From the IMG/VR virus record IMGVR_UViG_3300042301_002170: a stretch of DNA of 64,000 nucleotides; one strand, 5' to 3'. This document shows, one piece after another, positions 51,101 through 60,320 of this stretch. This DNA is from a virus. Numbering within the stretch: position 1 is the first letter of the stretch; every line of letters begins with the position of its first letter. The notes beneath the pieces were generated by a model, which saw only the letters and a program-made list of their open reading frames with translations, was not told the origin of the DNA and did no database searches. Position numbers and translations under genes: made by a program.

Positions 51101-54100
51101 CACGGAACTCTTGACCATAATTTTAATCATCACCATAAATCATCTGCATACGCACCTGATTATGGGTATCCTGCTGAGTTAGATACAATAGATTTTGATG
51201 ATAAAAGAAAAAAACAACCAGGACATCAAGTAACCACAAAAGATACAGAGGATAGAGGATACGAACCTGTTAAAACTGAAAAATTAACACAATCTAATTT
51301 AGATAGTGTTGAAAGATATGCAGATAGAGAATTAGACCCTGCTGACATAGAGTTTAGTAATCACTTTTTTGATAGAGTTAATGATACTCGTAATGGTAAA
51401 GAAATATCCGAACCAGAACTAACTGGTTTCTTTAAGAGATTGGGAAGACACAAAAAACAATTCATAGATTTTTTAGAAAAGTACAATCAAATTGTAGTTA
51501 AAGACGATAGAAGTAATATCAATATTCCATTTGTAAAGATGGCAAATAAAGTTATTGCTAAAACTGTAATGAGAAAAGGTGATTTTCAAACCAATTCTCC
51601 TACAATCGTAAACGAAGAAACTCCATCAGAAATCATAAAAGATTTAGATAAGGTAAGACATGATTTGATTAAAAAAGTAGATGTTCTAATTGCTAAAAAG
51701 AAAAAACTTTACTCTAATGTTGATATTGAATCACCAATGAGTGCAGATGAAAAACAATTGGATAAAGATATACAATCTATATTTTCACAAATTCAACAAA
51801 TAATTCTTAAAAAAAGAACTTTAAAAGAATCTTTAAACGAAAATTCACAAGATAATATTGAAAAATTTGTTTTTTCGGTAGAAGATTTACCAAATGTAAA
51901 ATTTCATCATTTTAAAAATGGTTCATTATTTATTATAAATCATGAAAAATACCCATCGGAAGCGAGAAAAATTGCTAAATTAATTGAAAAATATAAAGTA
52001 AAACCTGAACTTATTCTTGATTATGATAAAAAATCAGGTGGTTGGATAAAGAAAGATGAAATTGGGTGGTATCTTCCTCATAATATATGGGAGCCACGTC
52101 AAAATAAATCTTTAAACGAAGTTAAATGGGAGGGTGATACATTCACTCGTTGTATGCAAGGTCAATTACCTCTTTCACTTAATATTGTTAAACAATTAGT
52201 TGAACCAATAAAAACAACTTCATTGCATGTAACTACAATTGAAAATTTATCAAAAGTTGCGGCATTAGAAGGAACTAAAAAATCAATTTCCACATTTAAT
52301 AAAATTGATAAATACTCAAAGATTGTACAAAATGGAAAAGGAGTAGATACCGATGGTGGTGTATTTGTATTAGTATCAGGAGTAGTATTGGCACAAAGTA
52401 TAATGGACTTATGGACTGCACCTGATAAGCAAGGTAGAAGATGGGTAAATCCTGGAACTGTAATAGATGGGTTAGGAAGAGAAACGGATATAGTTTTTAA
52501 TTTTGCACCACATTTAAAACCATTTAAGAAAAGATGGTTAGAAGACCCTTTAAACGAATTTACACCGGCTGAAAAGAATGAATTCATACGACTTTATTAT
52601 AAAGAGGCAGAGAAGTTTATGTTGAGTAAGAAAAAAGAGTTTCAAGATAAATATTTGAATTCAAACCAACTATACTATGAATCAGATTGGAATGAGGTTG
52701 TTCTTAATCAAATTAAAATTGAAAAGATTTTAGCTATTCCTAGTAATTGGGGTGGAGATGAAGCTGAAAATCAAAAAACATTAGAAAAACTTAAACAAAA
52801 ATATCCAAAAGTAGAAATTGGAAAAAATACTACTGACATTCAAAACTTTATTAAAAATAATGGTGGAAGTATCAGAGAATCTATAAACCAAAACAAATCT
52901 GTAATATCAGAAGGTGGTGCATACGGACACATGTCTCACCCGTTTGATGATATGAATTTAACATTTGGTGATTTAAAAAATATTATTACAGGAGCATTAA
53001 CTGGTAAATTAGAATTGACAAGAGAAAAAACCGATGGACAAGCTCTTGCAATTAGTTGGAAAAATGGTAGATTGATTGCAGCAAGAAACAAAGGTAATTT
53101 AGCTAACGCAGGAGCAAACGCAATGGGTATTGAAGATGTTGCATCAAAGTTTGCGGGTAGAGGTGGATTAACCGATGCTTACAACTTTGCAATGAAAGAT
53201 TTATCAGCAGCAATTAGTTCATTATCCGAACCACAGAGAAAGAAGATATTTGATGAGGGTAAGTGTTTTATGAACTTAGAAGTTATCTGGCCTACATCGG
53301 TAAATGTGATACCTTACGGACAACCCCTATTGGTATTCCACAATACAACTTGTTATGATGAAACTGGCAAAGCAGTTGGGGCAAATCAAGGGGCAGCAAC
53401 GATGTTGGCAGGAATGATTAAACAAGTTAATGGAGATGTTCAATCTAAATATACAATTCAGGGACCTCCTGTAACTAGATTACCAAATAATGAAGAATTG
53501 GGTTCTAAACAAACTAAATATTTAACACAATTACAAAAATTGCAATTTCAATTCCAATTAAGTAATAGAGATGGTGTTGCAGAATATCATCAGGCTTGGT
53601 GGGCAGACTTTATAGATAAGAGTAAAGTTAAATTACAGAAATTAGAAAGAGATGCGTTAATTAACAGATGGGCTTTCGGTGATAAATCATTCCGTTTAAA
53701 TACTATTACTGATAAAGATGCTCAAAAGTGGGCAATAGATAATGATAAAGTAAATGTTGCAAAACAACAAAAAGAAAACATTAGACCATTTGAGGAGATA
53801 TTTTTAGGAGTTGGAGCAGATGTATTATCATTTATGGATTCGGTATTAACTGCAAATCCAAATGCAGCAGTTGCAAGCATGAAACAAAGATTGAGGGATA
53901 CTGCTGATAAAGTAAGAGGTAGTGGGGATATAACTAAAATATCTAAATTAAAATCAGAATTGGCAAGATTACAATCAATTGGTGGATTAGATAAAATTGT
54001 TCCAAATGAGGGTATTGTATTTATTTATAAAGGAAACACTTATAAACTTACAGGAACTTTTGCACCATTAAATCAGATTTTAGGTATTTTTTACGAATAG
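48101..54100 (+). CDS. Multidomain polyprotein: HxGH nucleotidyltransferase, zincin, BECR-like, ART-like, ligase-like
   Basis: GRFQPFHAGH; HEMVH; SNHFFDR...KTVMRK; HVT/SIST/NEVVL; EKTDG, EGIVF, YKLTG. Confidence 0.8.
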   Translation: MKLEVDKPEVTGLVVVYSGRFQPFHAGHYVSYLKLCKKFGKENVYIATSNSTSGPKSPFDFKEKKEIATKMFNVPSDRFIQVSNPYAPKEVLQGFDGKTTAYIAAVGEKDESRLSGKYFKPYKGKTGYGYDEIGYTYAVPAESNPISGTDVRNWLGSGDDESKKKGFLKAYPKFNADIFKMITNKLNEDGFPGGIGTGLNLPGGYINGAPTGSANESNNTEPSSALRPEPKPTRHQIEHPSDEPNWHKNESLYDPIGHIIDRVLAEQMFNEFVDSYFTEAPNPIMDKEFDYTAADGSKKKIKVKSALRLAKDHPAHVQASKMVGSDKPNAMAKGPTDAPANEPNKLPEPGKAATQSAKPSQPGQPVKKGQTQQGKADKEKGEAPAPQGAQAPPPEQKLSGGELKTAAEKTPEEKSKEKKAEKQNAFKSFFNDASDSIKKEASALWKDFNTEEHHDAHEMANPESETRKGFIDRAADFMAEFPDNMVKGAYNVVKHKYHQFKNTAKGVKSLATSLSHGKGIQFGYEKGKDGKWGVNKDEAEKQKKAAKATAIDAAKIAAAVVTGGAVSGVMGHLAGGGAFGGLGQAALSGAGETLSHGVTGFVSHMGVDFAKHCGFEALGLGVGFEFEQAEKIAARAGVATVGVVPHIGKLFHNAMSYVMSENATPEDEEKQNADLLMNLVATVLEKMKDFKPTSQQMFETMKSYSEAKKEKEEKQKGLETAKLLKPIQEQISPLKRENVSNFVEYATKRLKLKEQPKVTLVEDPEFSRQNHSLGGYNVDSKEIFVATEGRLTADILRTIAHEMVHRKQDEMGLIGDSVKDGATGSTVENKANSIAAILLREYGKLNKTIYNEDINIDVDKGDTVLMGKFKNKKVVAKDFGTDDHGMPTINGKVATTFRIPRGEKAKPNPQSVFDEVGSNDWHFKAIMKLWDKANSYGKKKIGVAVCNDPNASKREIEAQLRDTDYEEVTDMTDKLGLKEYIEKKKLNKIGESVNTKNHKPHGTLDHNFNHHHKSSAYAPDYGYPAELDTIDFDDKRKKQPGHQVTTKDTEDRGYEPVKTEKLTQSNLDSVERYADRELDPADIEFSNHFFDRVNDTRNGKEISEPELTGFFKRLGRHKKQFIDFLEKYNQIVVKDDRSNINIPFVKMANKVIAKTVMRKGDFQTNSPTIVNEETPSEIIKDLDKVRHDLIKKVDVLIAKKKKLYSNVDIESPMSADEKQLDKDIQSIFSQIQQIILKKRTLKESLNENSQDNIEKFVFSVEDLPNVKFHHFKNGSLFIINHEKYPSEARKIAKLIEKYKVKPELILDYDKKSGGWIKKDEIGWYLPHNIWEPRQNKSLNEVKWEGDTFTRCMQGQLPLSLNIVKQLVEPIKTTSLHVTTIENLSKVAALEGTKKSISTFNKIDKYSKIVQNGKGVDTDGGVFVLVSGVVLAQSIMDLWTAPDKQGRRWVNPGTVIDGLGRETDIVFNFAPHLKPFKKRWLEDPLNEFTPAEKNEFIRLYYKEAEKFMLSKKKEFQDKYLNSNQLYYESDWNEVVLNQIKIEKILAIPSNWGGDEAENQKTLEKLKQKYPKVEIGKNTTDIQNFIKNNGGSIRESINQNKSVISEGGAYGHMSHPFDDMNLTFGDLKNIITGALTGKLELTREKTDGQALAISWKNGRLIAARNKGNLANAGANAMGIEDVASKFAGRGGLTDAYNFAMKDLSAAISSLSEPQRKKIFDEGKCFMNLEVIWPTSVNVIPYGQPLLVFHNTTCYDETGKAVGANQGAATMLAGMIKQVNGDVQSKYTIQGPPVTRLPNNEELGSKQTKYLTQLQKLQFQFQLSNRDGVAEYHQAWWADFIDKSKVKLQKLERDALINRWAFGDKSFRLNTITDKDAQKWAIDNDKVNVAKQQKENIRPFEEIFLGVGADVLSFMDSVLTANPNAAVASMKQRLRDTADKVRGSGDITKISKLKSELARLQSIGGLDKIVPNEGIVFIYKGNTYKLTGTFAPLNQILGIFYE

Positions 54101-54144
54101 TTTGATATATATAATAAATCAATTAGTTACATTAATATAGAATT

Positions 54145-54813
54145 ATGGCAAAGAGAAAATCCTTTGAAGAAAAAAACAAACACATACACAAATCTCGTCA
54201 ATTAATTATAGATACGGTATTTGGCAACACAGATGATAATCAGAATGTGTTTGGTTATGAAAAAGAAACAGAACAAAAAAGAGAAGTTGGTGAAAAGTGG
54301 GTTGATAAAGATGGTGTAGAATGGGAACAAAAAGAAGGGTTTAAAACAAACCTAACTAAGATGGACAAGGTAAGAGAATACTTACAAAAAATAAGTAGAT
54401 GTTCATCGGAAGATTGTAAAACCATAAAATATAGTACTGCCGATAAAAAGGCAATTGTTAAAACTACTCTTTGTATAAATTGTTTAACAAAACACGAAAC
54501 TAAATTAAAATTAGATGGTACTTGGGATTTTTACCAAGATTATAAAATAACATTAAATAAATTAGGTTATGTTAGAGATTTAAAAGTTCAATACGAAGAA
54601 GCATTGCAAGGTATTAAACAACAAGTTGAAATGGTAAATGAAAATGGTACTATTTCTAATTGGCAGTGGGATATTGATATTGAAAAAGTAAAAGAAGACA
54701 TTAGAACTGATATAGATGGGGCATATAATGCAATCGAATCTCTATTAGAAAGAAAATTAGCATTAGAAGAAAAACTGGTGGAATTAAACCATCCAGAACT
54801 TATAAAACAATAG
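54145..54813 (+). CDS. Hypothetical protein with possible zinc-binding Cys pairs
   Basis: CSSEDC...CINC followed by a coiled coil. Confidence 0.6.
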   Translation: MAKRKSFEEKNKHIHKSRQLIIDTVFGNTDDNQNVFGYEKETEQKREVGEKWVDKDGVEWEQKEGFKTNLTKMDKVREYLQKISRCSSEDCKTIKYSTADKKAIVKTTLCINCLTKHETKLKLDGTWDFYQDYKITLNKLGYVRDLKVQYEEALQGIKQQVEMVNENGTISNWQWDIDIEKVKEDIRTDIDGAYNAIESLLERKLALEEKLVELNHPELIKQ

Positions 54814-54816
54814 ATT

Positions 54817-55443
54817 ATGGAAAAGATATTCTCATTCACAAACATTTTAATAATTGGTTTAGTTGCATTTATTGTATTTAAACAATGTAGTAGTGAGGAT
54901 AAATCTATTGAAACCATTAATGTTGATGGTAAAAAATACGAATTGTTAAAACATAAAATAGATACTTTTGTTGTTGAGCATACTCAAATCAAATACAAAA
55001 AAGGACAAGATATTTATCACGAAACAATTGTAGAAAAAGAAAAAAGAGTAGAAGTACCAGTTTATGTAAAAGCAGATAGTGAAAGAATTGTAAAAGAATA
55101 TCACACAAAAGTTTTGTATAAAGATAGATTGGTATTAAACGATGGGTTGGGTATTGTAGAAATAACCGATACTATCAGTAGAAATAAAATTATCGGTAGA
55201 AAATGGAATGCTCAGATAAATGAGAGAACTATTACCGATACTAAAATTGTAAAAGAACTTCCAAAAAACCAAGTTTATATAGGAGTAAATGGTATAGTGG
55301 GTAACTCATCTGCATTGATAGGACCACAACTTACTCTTAAAACTAAAAAAGATAATTTATACGGAGCAAATTTACTTATAGATGGAAACGGAAATAAGTA
55401 TTTTGGTGTATCGGTTGGTTGGAAGATTAAACTCAAAAAATAA
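54817..55443 (+). CDS. Membrane-anchored protein, possible spanin-like lysis factor
   Basis: N-terminal hydrophobic helix, K/V/E-rich stalk, C-terminal alternating beta strands ending YFGVSVGWKIKLKK. Confidence 0.4.
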   Translation: MEKIFSFTNILIIGLVAFIVFKQCSSEDKSIETINVDGKKYELLKHKIDTFVVEHTQIKYKKGQDIYHETIVEKEKRVEVPVYVKADSERIVKEYHTKVLYKDRLVLNDGLGIVEITDTISRNKIIGRKWNAQINERTITDTKIVKELPKNQVYIGVNGIVGNSSALIGPQLTLKTKKDNLYGANLLIDGNGNKYFGVSVGWKIKLKK

Positions 55444-57050
55444 TGGCAGTTCAAGGGAAACCTAAGAAGTCTTTAAAAGAGATTATTGCAGAAGAATATC
55501 GTAAATGTGGGTTAGACCCAATTTACTTTATGAAAAAATATTGTGTTATACAACACCCAACAAGAGGTAAAATACCTTTTCACTTATATCCATTTCAGGA
55601 GAACTGTTTAACAGATTTTAAACAAGACCGTTTTAACATCATTCTTAAATCACGTCAGTTAGGTTTATCAACTCTTTCTGCGGGTTTTATTTTGTGGAAG
55701 ATGTTATTCAACGAAGATTTTAATGCATTGGTTATTGCAACTAAAGTAACAGTTGCAAAAAACTTAGTAGAGAAAGTAAGAGTAATGCACGATTTGTTAC
55801 CCGTTTGGTTAAGAGATGGTGGGAACTCTTCTGTTGAAGATAACAAACTATCACTTAAATTAAAGAACGGTTCTCAGGTCAAAGCAATAGCATCCTCACC
55901 CGATGCAGGACGTTCGGAAGCTCTATCCCTATTAGTAGTGGATGAGGCAGCATTCATTAGAGATATTGATGAGATTTGGTTATCGGCACAATCAACTCTA
56001 TCAACGGGTGGTAGTGCAATTGTATTATCTACTCCGAATGGTGTGGGTAACTGGTTTCATAAAATGTGGGTAGAAGGAGAAAGTGGTGCAAACGGATTCA
56101 ATCCTATAAATCTTCATTGGACAGTTCATCCAGAAAGAAATCAAACTTGGAGAGATGAACAAACTCGTATTTTGGGAGCAAAAGGAGCAGCACAAGAATG
56201 TGATTGCGACTTTGTTGGTTCCGGAGATACAGTAATAGACCCTGAGTTATTAACTTGGTATAAGAACACTTATGTAATGGAACCTGTTGAAAAAGCAGGA
56301 TTTGATAGAAACCTATGGAAATGGGAATATCCAAATTACAACAAACAATATATGGTTGTAGCTGACGTTGCAAGAGGAGATGCAGCCGATTATTCAACTG
56401 CACAAGTTTTAGATATTGAAGATTGTTCGCAAGTTGCTGAATATAGAGGAATGATTGATACCAAAGATTTTGGAAACTTTCTTACTGCATTAGCAACAGA
56501 ATACAACAATGCATTATTAGTAGTAGAAAACTCAAACGTAGGTTGGGCATGTATTCAACAAATTATAGATAGAGGATACCAAAATCTATTTTATATGAGT
56601 AACGACTTAAAATATATTGATGTTGAAAGACAAATGAGTAATAAGTTTTACAGAGATGAAAAACAAATGGTTGCAGGTTTCTCTACAACATCTAAAACAA
56701 GACCTTTGATTATTTCAGCATTGGATACATATATGAATGAAAAAGATATTCTTATTCGTAGTGGTAGATTAATAGATGAAATGTTTACATTTATTTGGCA
56801 TGGTGGTAGAGCAGAAGCAATGAAAGGATATAATGACGACTTAATTATGGCATTGGCAATTGGATTGTGGGTTCGTAATACTGCACTTCGTTTAAGACAA
56901 GAAGGAATTGATTTAACTAAAAATATGTTGAACTCATCGCACATAGCTAAATACGATGGATTTGTATCTACGGGTCATTTAACTAGAAATCCATATGAAA
57001 TGGAAGTGGGTAATAAAGAAATAGAAAGTTTAACTTGGTTACTTCAATAA
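55443..57050 (+). CDS. gp17: Terminase large subunit
   Basis: KSRQLGLST, LVVDEAAF, STPNG, ADVARG, DDLIMA. Confidence 0.96.
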   Translation: MAVQGKPKKSLKEIIAEEYRKCGLDPIYFMKKYCVIQHPTRGKIPFHLYPFQENCLTDFKQDRFNIILKSRQLGLSTLSAGFILWKMLFNEDFNALVIATKVTVAKNLVEKVRVMHDLLPVWLRDGGNSSVEDNKLSLKLKNGSQVKAIASSPDAGRSEALSLLVVDEAAFIRDIDEIWLSAQSTLSTGGSAIVLSTPNGVGNWFHKMWVEGESGANGFNPINLHWTVHPERNQTWRDEQTRILGAKGAAQECDCDFVGSGDTVIDPELLTWYKNTYVMEPVEKAGFDRNLWKWEYPNYNKQYMVVADVARGDAADYSTAQVLDIEDCSQVAEYRGMIDTKDFGNFLTALATEYNNALLVVENSNVGWACIQQIIDRGYQNLFYMSNDLKYIDVERQMSNKFYRDEKQMVAGFSTTSKTRPLIISALDTYMNEKDILIRSGRLIDEMFTFIWHGGRAEAMKGYNDDLIMALAIGLWVRNTALRLRQEGIDLTKNMLNSSHIAKYDGFVSTGHLTRNPYEMEVGNKEIESLTWLLQ

Positions 57051-57058
57051 TTTTTATA

Positions 57059-57066
57059 TATTTATA
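57059..57066 (+). promoter_or_regulatory. Putative late promoter core TATTTATA
   Basis: Intergenic, before 57091. Confidence 0.6.
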
Positions 57067-57090
57067 TGTTGGATACAAAATATTTTTAAA

Positions 57091-57588
57091 ATGAATTTAA
57101 CTAAAATCATAAAAGAATTAGAAAACCCTTGCTGGAAAGGGTACGAAATGGTTGGAATGAAAGACAAAGATGGAAGAGAAGTTCCTAATTGTGTTCCTGT
57201 GAAAGAAGATATTGATAGTGATGATGATGTAAACTATGGTTTAGTTGAACCAGAAGAATATGATGTTGAGGATGAAGATATGGAGGATTTTATTGCTTTT
57301 ATGAGAGGATATGATAAAAACCTAAACGAAGGTTGTCAATGTTTAAGAGAAGCAGAATATCAAGGTAGAGAAGTGAAATTGGGTAAACCAATGCAAGGTG
57401 ATGTTAAAAAGTTCAAAGTATATGTTAAGAATCCACAAGGAAATGTTGTTAAAGTAAACTTTGGACAAAAAGGAATGAAAATTAGAAAATCAAATCCTGC
57501 TGCGAGAAAATCTTTTAGAGCAAGAATGAATTGTGACCAACCAGGACCAAGACACAAAGCAAACTATTGGAGTTGCAGAAAGTGGTAA
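57091..57588 (+). CDS. Putative internal head protein with two short conserved modules
   Basis: CWKGY...VPNCVP and EAEYQGREV...VNFG...RKSFRARMNC...YWSC modules; several xxE sites. Confidence 0.6.
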   Translation: MNLTKIIKELENPCWKGYEMVGMKDKDGREVPNCVPVKEDIDSDDDVNYGLVEPEEYDVEDEDMEDFIAFMRGYDKNLNEGCQCLREAEYQGREVKLGKPMQGDVKKFKVYVKNPQGNVVKVNFGQKGMKIRKSNPAARKSFRARMNCDQPGPRHKANYWSCRKW

Positions 57589-57593
57589 TAAAG

Positions 57594-57625
57594 TTTGGAA
57601 ATTACAAAAAAATTTATTATCTTTA
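57594..57625 (+). promoter_or_regulatory. Putative Bacteroidota-type promoter upstream of portal (TTTG-N20-TATCTTTA)
   Basis: Same TTTGGAAATT start as the 15391 promoter, 20-nt spacer, one mismatch in the -7 box. Confidence 0.55.
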
Positions 57626-57647
57626 TAGATACTTTACAAATTAAAAA

Positions 57648-59399
57648 ATGGCAGATAAATCAGTATTAGGTAGGTTACAGAAATTATTTTCAACAAACAC
57701 CATTGTTCGTAAAACGGAAACAGGAACAAAGGTAATTGACACAGATGAGTGGCAAAATATGACCACGAATTTGGTTGACAGATTCACAAAGTTAAAAGTA
57801 ACTAACTATGGAACTGGTCAAATAGAATCTGCAATGGCGTACCAACAAGTTCGTATAGATTTATTTAGAGATTACGATTCAATGGATACTGACCCAATTA
57901 TGGCATCGGCATTGGATATTTACGCAGATGAATGTACTGCAAAGAATGAACAAGGTAATATCCTAAAGATACATCACGAAGATGATAATATCAAACAAAT
58001 ATTAGAAAACTTATTTTATGATATTTTAAATGTTGAGTTTAATCTTTGGCCTTGGACTAGAAACTTAGTTAAATACGGAGATTTTTTCTTACATTTAGAA
58101 ATTGCAGAAGAAGAAGGTATTGGTATTATAAATGTAATGCCGTTATCAGCATACGAAGTTAGTAGAATGGAAGGTTTTGACCAAGCCAATCCACAAAGAG
58201 TTAAATTTGTGTATGCACCTTATCAAAACCCATATGGGGCATTTGGGCAATCTCCTAAAAAAGAATTTGAAAACTATGAGATGGCTCATATGAGATTAAA
58301 CTCTGATTCAAACTTTTTACCTTACGGAAAATCTATGATTGAGGGTGGTAGGAGAGTTTGGAAACAATTAATGTTGATGGAAGATGCAATGTTAATCCAC
58401 AGAGTAATGAGAGCACCTGAAAAGAGAATCTTTAAAATTGATGTAGGTAATATTCCACCAAATGAGGTAGATAATTATATGCAGAAAATTATCAACAACT
58501 CTAAAAAAGTTCCTTTTGTTGATGAAAGAACGGGTGAATATAATTTAAAATACAACGTTCAAAACCTTATTGAAGATTATTATATGCCAGTTCGTGGTAA
58601 TGATAATGGTACATCTATTGATACCTTAAAAGGTTTAGAATATAATATGATTGATGACATCAATTATTTAAAAAATAAAATGATGGCATCTTTAAAGATT
58701 CCAAAAGCATATTTAGGATACGAAGAAGATACTAATGGTAAAGCAACATTAGCATCTATGGATATTCGATTTGCTAAAACAATCGAAAGAGTTCAAAGAG
58801 TATTGATTTCAGAATTAACTAAAATTGCAATCGTTCACTTATATGCACAAGGTATAAATGATGACCGTTTAACTAATTTTACATTAGAATTAACTGTCCC
58901 ATCTAAAATATACGAACAAGAGCAAGTTGAATTATATACTTCAAAGGTAGCTTTAATTCAACAAATGCAACAAACAAAAATGTTCTCTAAAGAATGGATG
59001 TACGAATCCGTAATGAAGATGGCAAAAGATGAGCAAGATGAATTAACATTGGGAGTATTGGAAGATACAAAGCAAGCATTCCGTTTAACATCAATTGAAA
59101 CACAAGGAACAGACCCTGCTAAACCAACCGGTGTAGAAGGAAGTGAAACTACAAATGTTGAAGAAGAATTGGATAGATTAAAATCTGAATTATCAACAAA
59201 CGGAGTGGGAAGACCAAAAGACCCTGTTAGATATGGACACGATGACCATCCAGAGGGCAGAGACCCATTAGGAATTAAAACTCTTAAAACAAAAGAAGGT
59301 TCTGTAAAATATAAACCAAGAAACTCATACCAGGAAATATTTAAGGATATGGATGGTAACAAAAAAACTATTTTAACAGAAGATTTAGATAAAGAGTAA
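57648..59399 (+). CDS. gp20: Portal protein
   Basis: YGKSMIE...WKQLMLMEDAMLIHRVMRAPEKRIFKIDVGN...EDYYMPVRG. Confidence 0.96.
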   Translation: MADKSVLGRLQKLFSTNTIVRKTETGTKVIDTDEWQNMTTNLVDRFTKLKVTNYGTGQIESAMAYQQVRIDLFRDYDSMDTDPIMASALDIYADECTAKNEQGNILKIHHEDDNIKQILENLFYDILNVEFNLWPWTRNLVKYGDFFLHLEIAEEEGIGIINVMPLSAYEVSRMEGFDQANPQRVKFVYAPYQNPYGAFGQSPKKEFENYEMAHMRLNSDSNFLPYGKSMIEGGRRVWKQLMLMEDAMLIHRVMRAPEKRIFKIDVGNIPPNEVDNYMQKIINNSKKVPFVDERTGEYNLKYNVQNLIEDYYMPVRGNDNGTSIDTLKGLEYNMIDDINYLKNKMMASLKIPKAYLGYEEDTNGKATLASMDIRFAKTIERVQRVLISELTKIAIVHLYAQGINDDRLTNFTLELTVPSKIYEQEQVELYTSKVALIQQMQQTKMFSKEWMYESVMKMAKDEQDELTLGVLEDTKQAFRLTSIETQGTDPAKPTGVEGSETTNVEEELDRLKSELSTNGVGRPKDPVRYGHDDHPEGRDPLGIKTLKTKEGSVKYKPRNSYQEIFKDMDGNKKTILTEDLDKE

Positions 59400-59417
59400 T
59401 AAACTAATATAAAACTA

Positions 59418-59425
59418 TATTTATA
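59418..59425 (+). promoter_or_regulatory. Putative late promoter core TATTTATA
   Basis: Intergenic, before 59447. Confidence 0.6.
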
Positions 59426-59446
59426 TCTGACAAATTACAAAAATTA

Positions 59447-60319
59447 ATGAAAAAAATTAAGCATTCGAAATTTAAAAATACTGGATTCATATTTGAACTA
59501 TTAGTAAGACAAATTACTTCGGAAATTATGTCTTCAGATAATTCGGTAGCAGAAAAGATTTTAAAAGAAAACTTTAATTCAAAAAAAGAACTTTCAAAAG
59601 AATTAAAATTATATCAATATCTTAGTAATGAGAAGTATAATTCAGAATCAAAAGCTGAACAATTTATTAATACGATTTGTGAAGCAAGAAAACGATTAGA
59701 TGAAAAAAAACTTACAAAAGAAAAATATAATTTAATTAAACAATTAAAAGAAACTTATAATATTGATGAGTTTATTAAATCATCAGTATCTAATTACAAA
59801 ACACTTGCTTCAATTTACAAAATATTTGAAGTAGTAAGTACAGAAGAACAGTATGACCCAACAGATATTGTTAGTTCTCGTTTCACTATTGCAGAAAATA
59901 TCATTAACACATCTATTCAAAATAAAGATTCTAAAATCAAAAATGCAGTTTTAGAAGAATACAAAAAACAAGATGAAGATTTAAGAGCAATTTCATACAA
60001 ATTTTTAGTAGAAAACTTTAACAAAAAATATAAAAATTTAACAAATGACCAAAAGGGATTATTGAGAGAGTATATCAACAACATCAATAATACAGGTAAG
60101 TTAAATGCATATGTTTCGGAAGAAATTTCTAAATTAGTTGGTGGATTAAAAGAAGTTGGTTCTAAAATTACAGATAAAGTAACTAAGATTAAATTGGCAG
60201 AAACAATTGCTAATATTAGAAAAATAAAATCTGCAAAAAGAGTTAAAGAAGAGCATCTTTCGGCAATGATGATGACTTATGAATTATTAGGTGAATTAAA
60301 GAATAGTTTAAAGAAATAA
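59447..60319 (+). CDS. Conserved helical head-module protein
   Basis: 290 aa, K/E-rich, between portal and protease. Confidence 0.6.
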   Translation: MKKIKHSKFKNTGFIFELLVRQITSEIMSSDNSVAEKILKENFNSKKELSKELKLYQYLSNEKYNSESKAEQFINTICEARKRLDEKKLTKEKYNLIKQLKETYNIDEFIKSSVSNYKTLASIYKIFEVVSTEEQYDPTDIVSSRFTIAENIINTSIQNKDSKIKNAVLEEYKKQDEDLRAISYKFLVENFNKKYKNLTNDQKGLLREYINNINNTGKLNAYVSEEISKLVGGLKEVGSKITDKVTKIKLAETIANIRKIKSAKRVKEEHLSAMMMTYELLGELKNSLKK

Positions 60320-60320
60320 A

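Noticed and set aside
55443-59399. Introns, inteins or homing endonucleases in terminase, portal or SbcCD
   Set aside because: ORFs are uninterrupted, of normal size, and show no intein or HNH/LAGLIDADG motifs
6328-59425. TATTTATA read as T4-type TATAAATA promoters driving antisense transcripts
   Set aside because: Most sites have no minus-strand gene to serve, and sit just upstream of plus-strand starts
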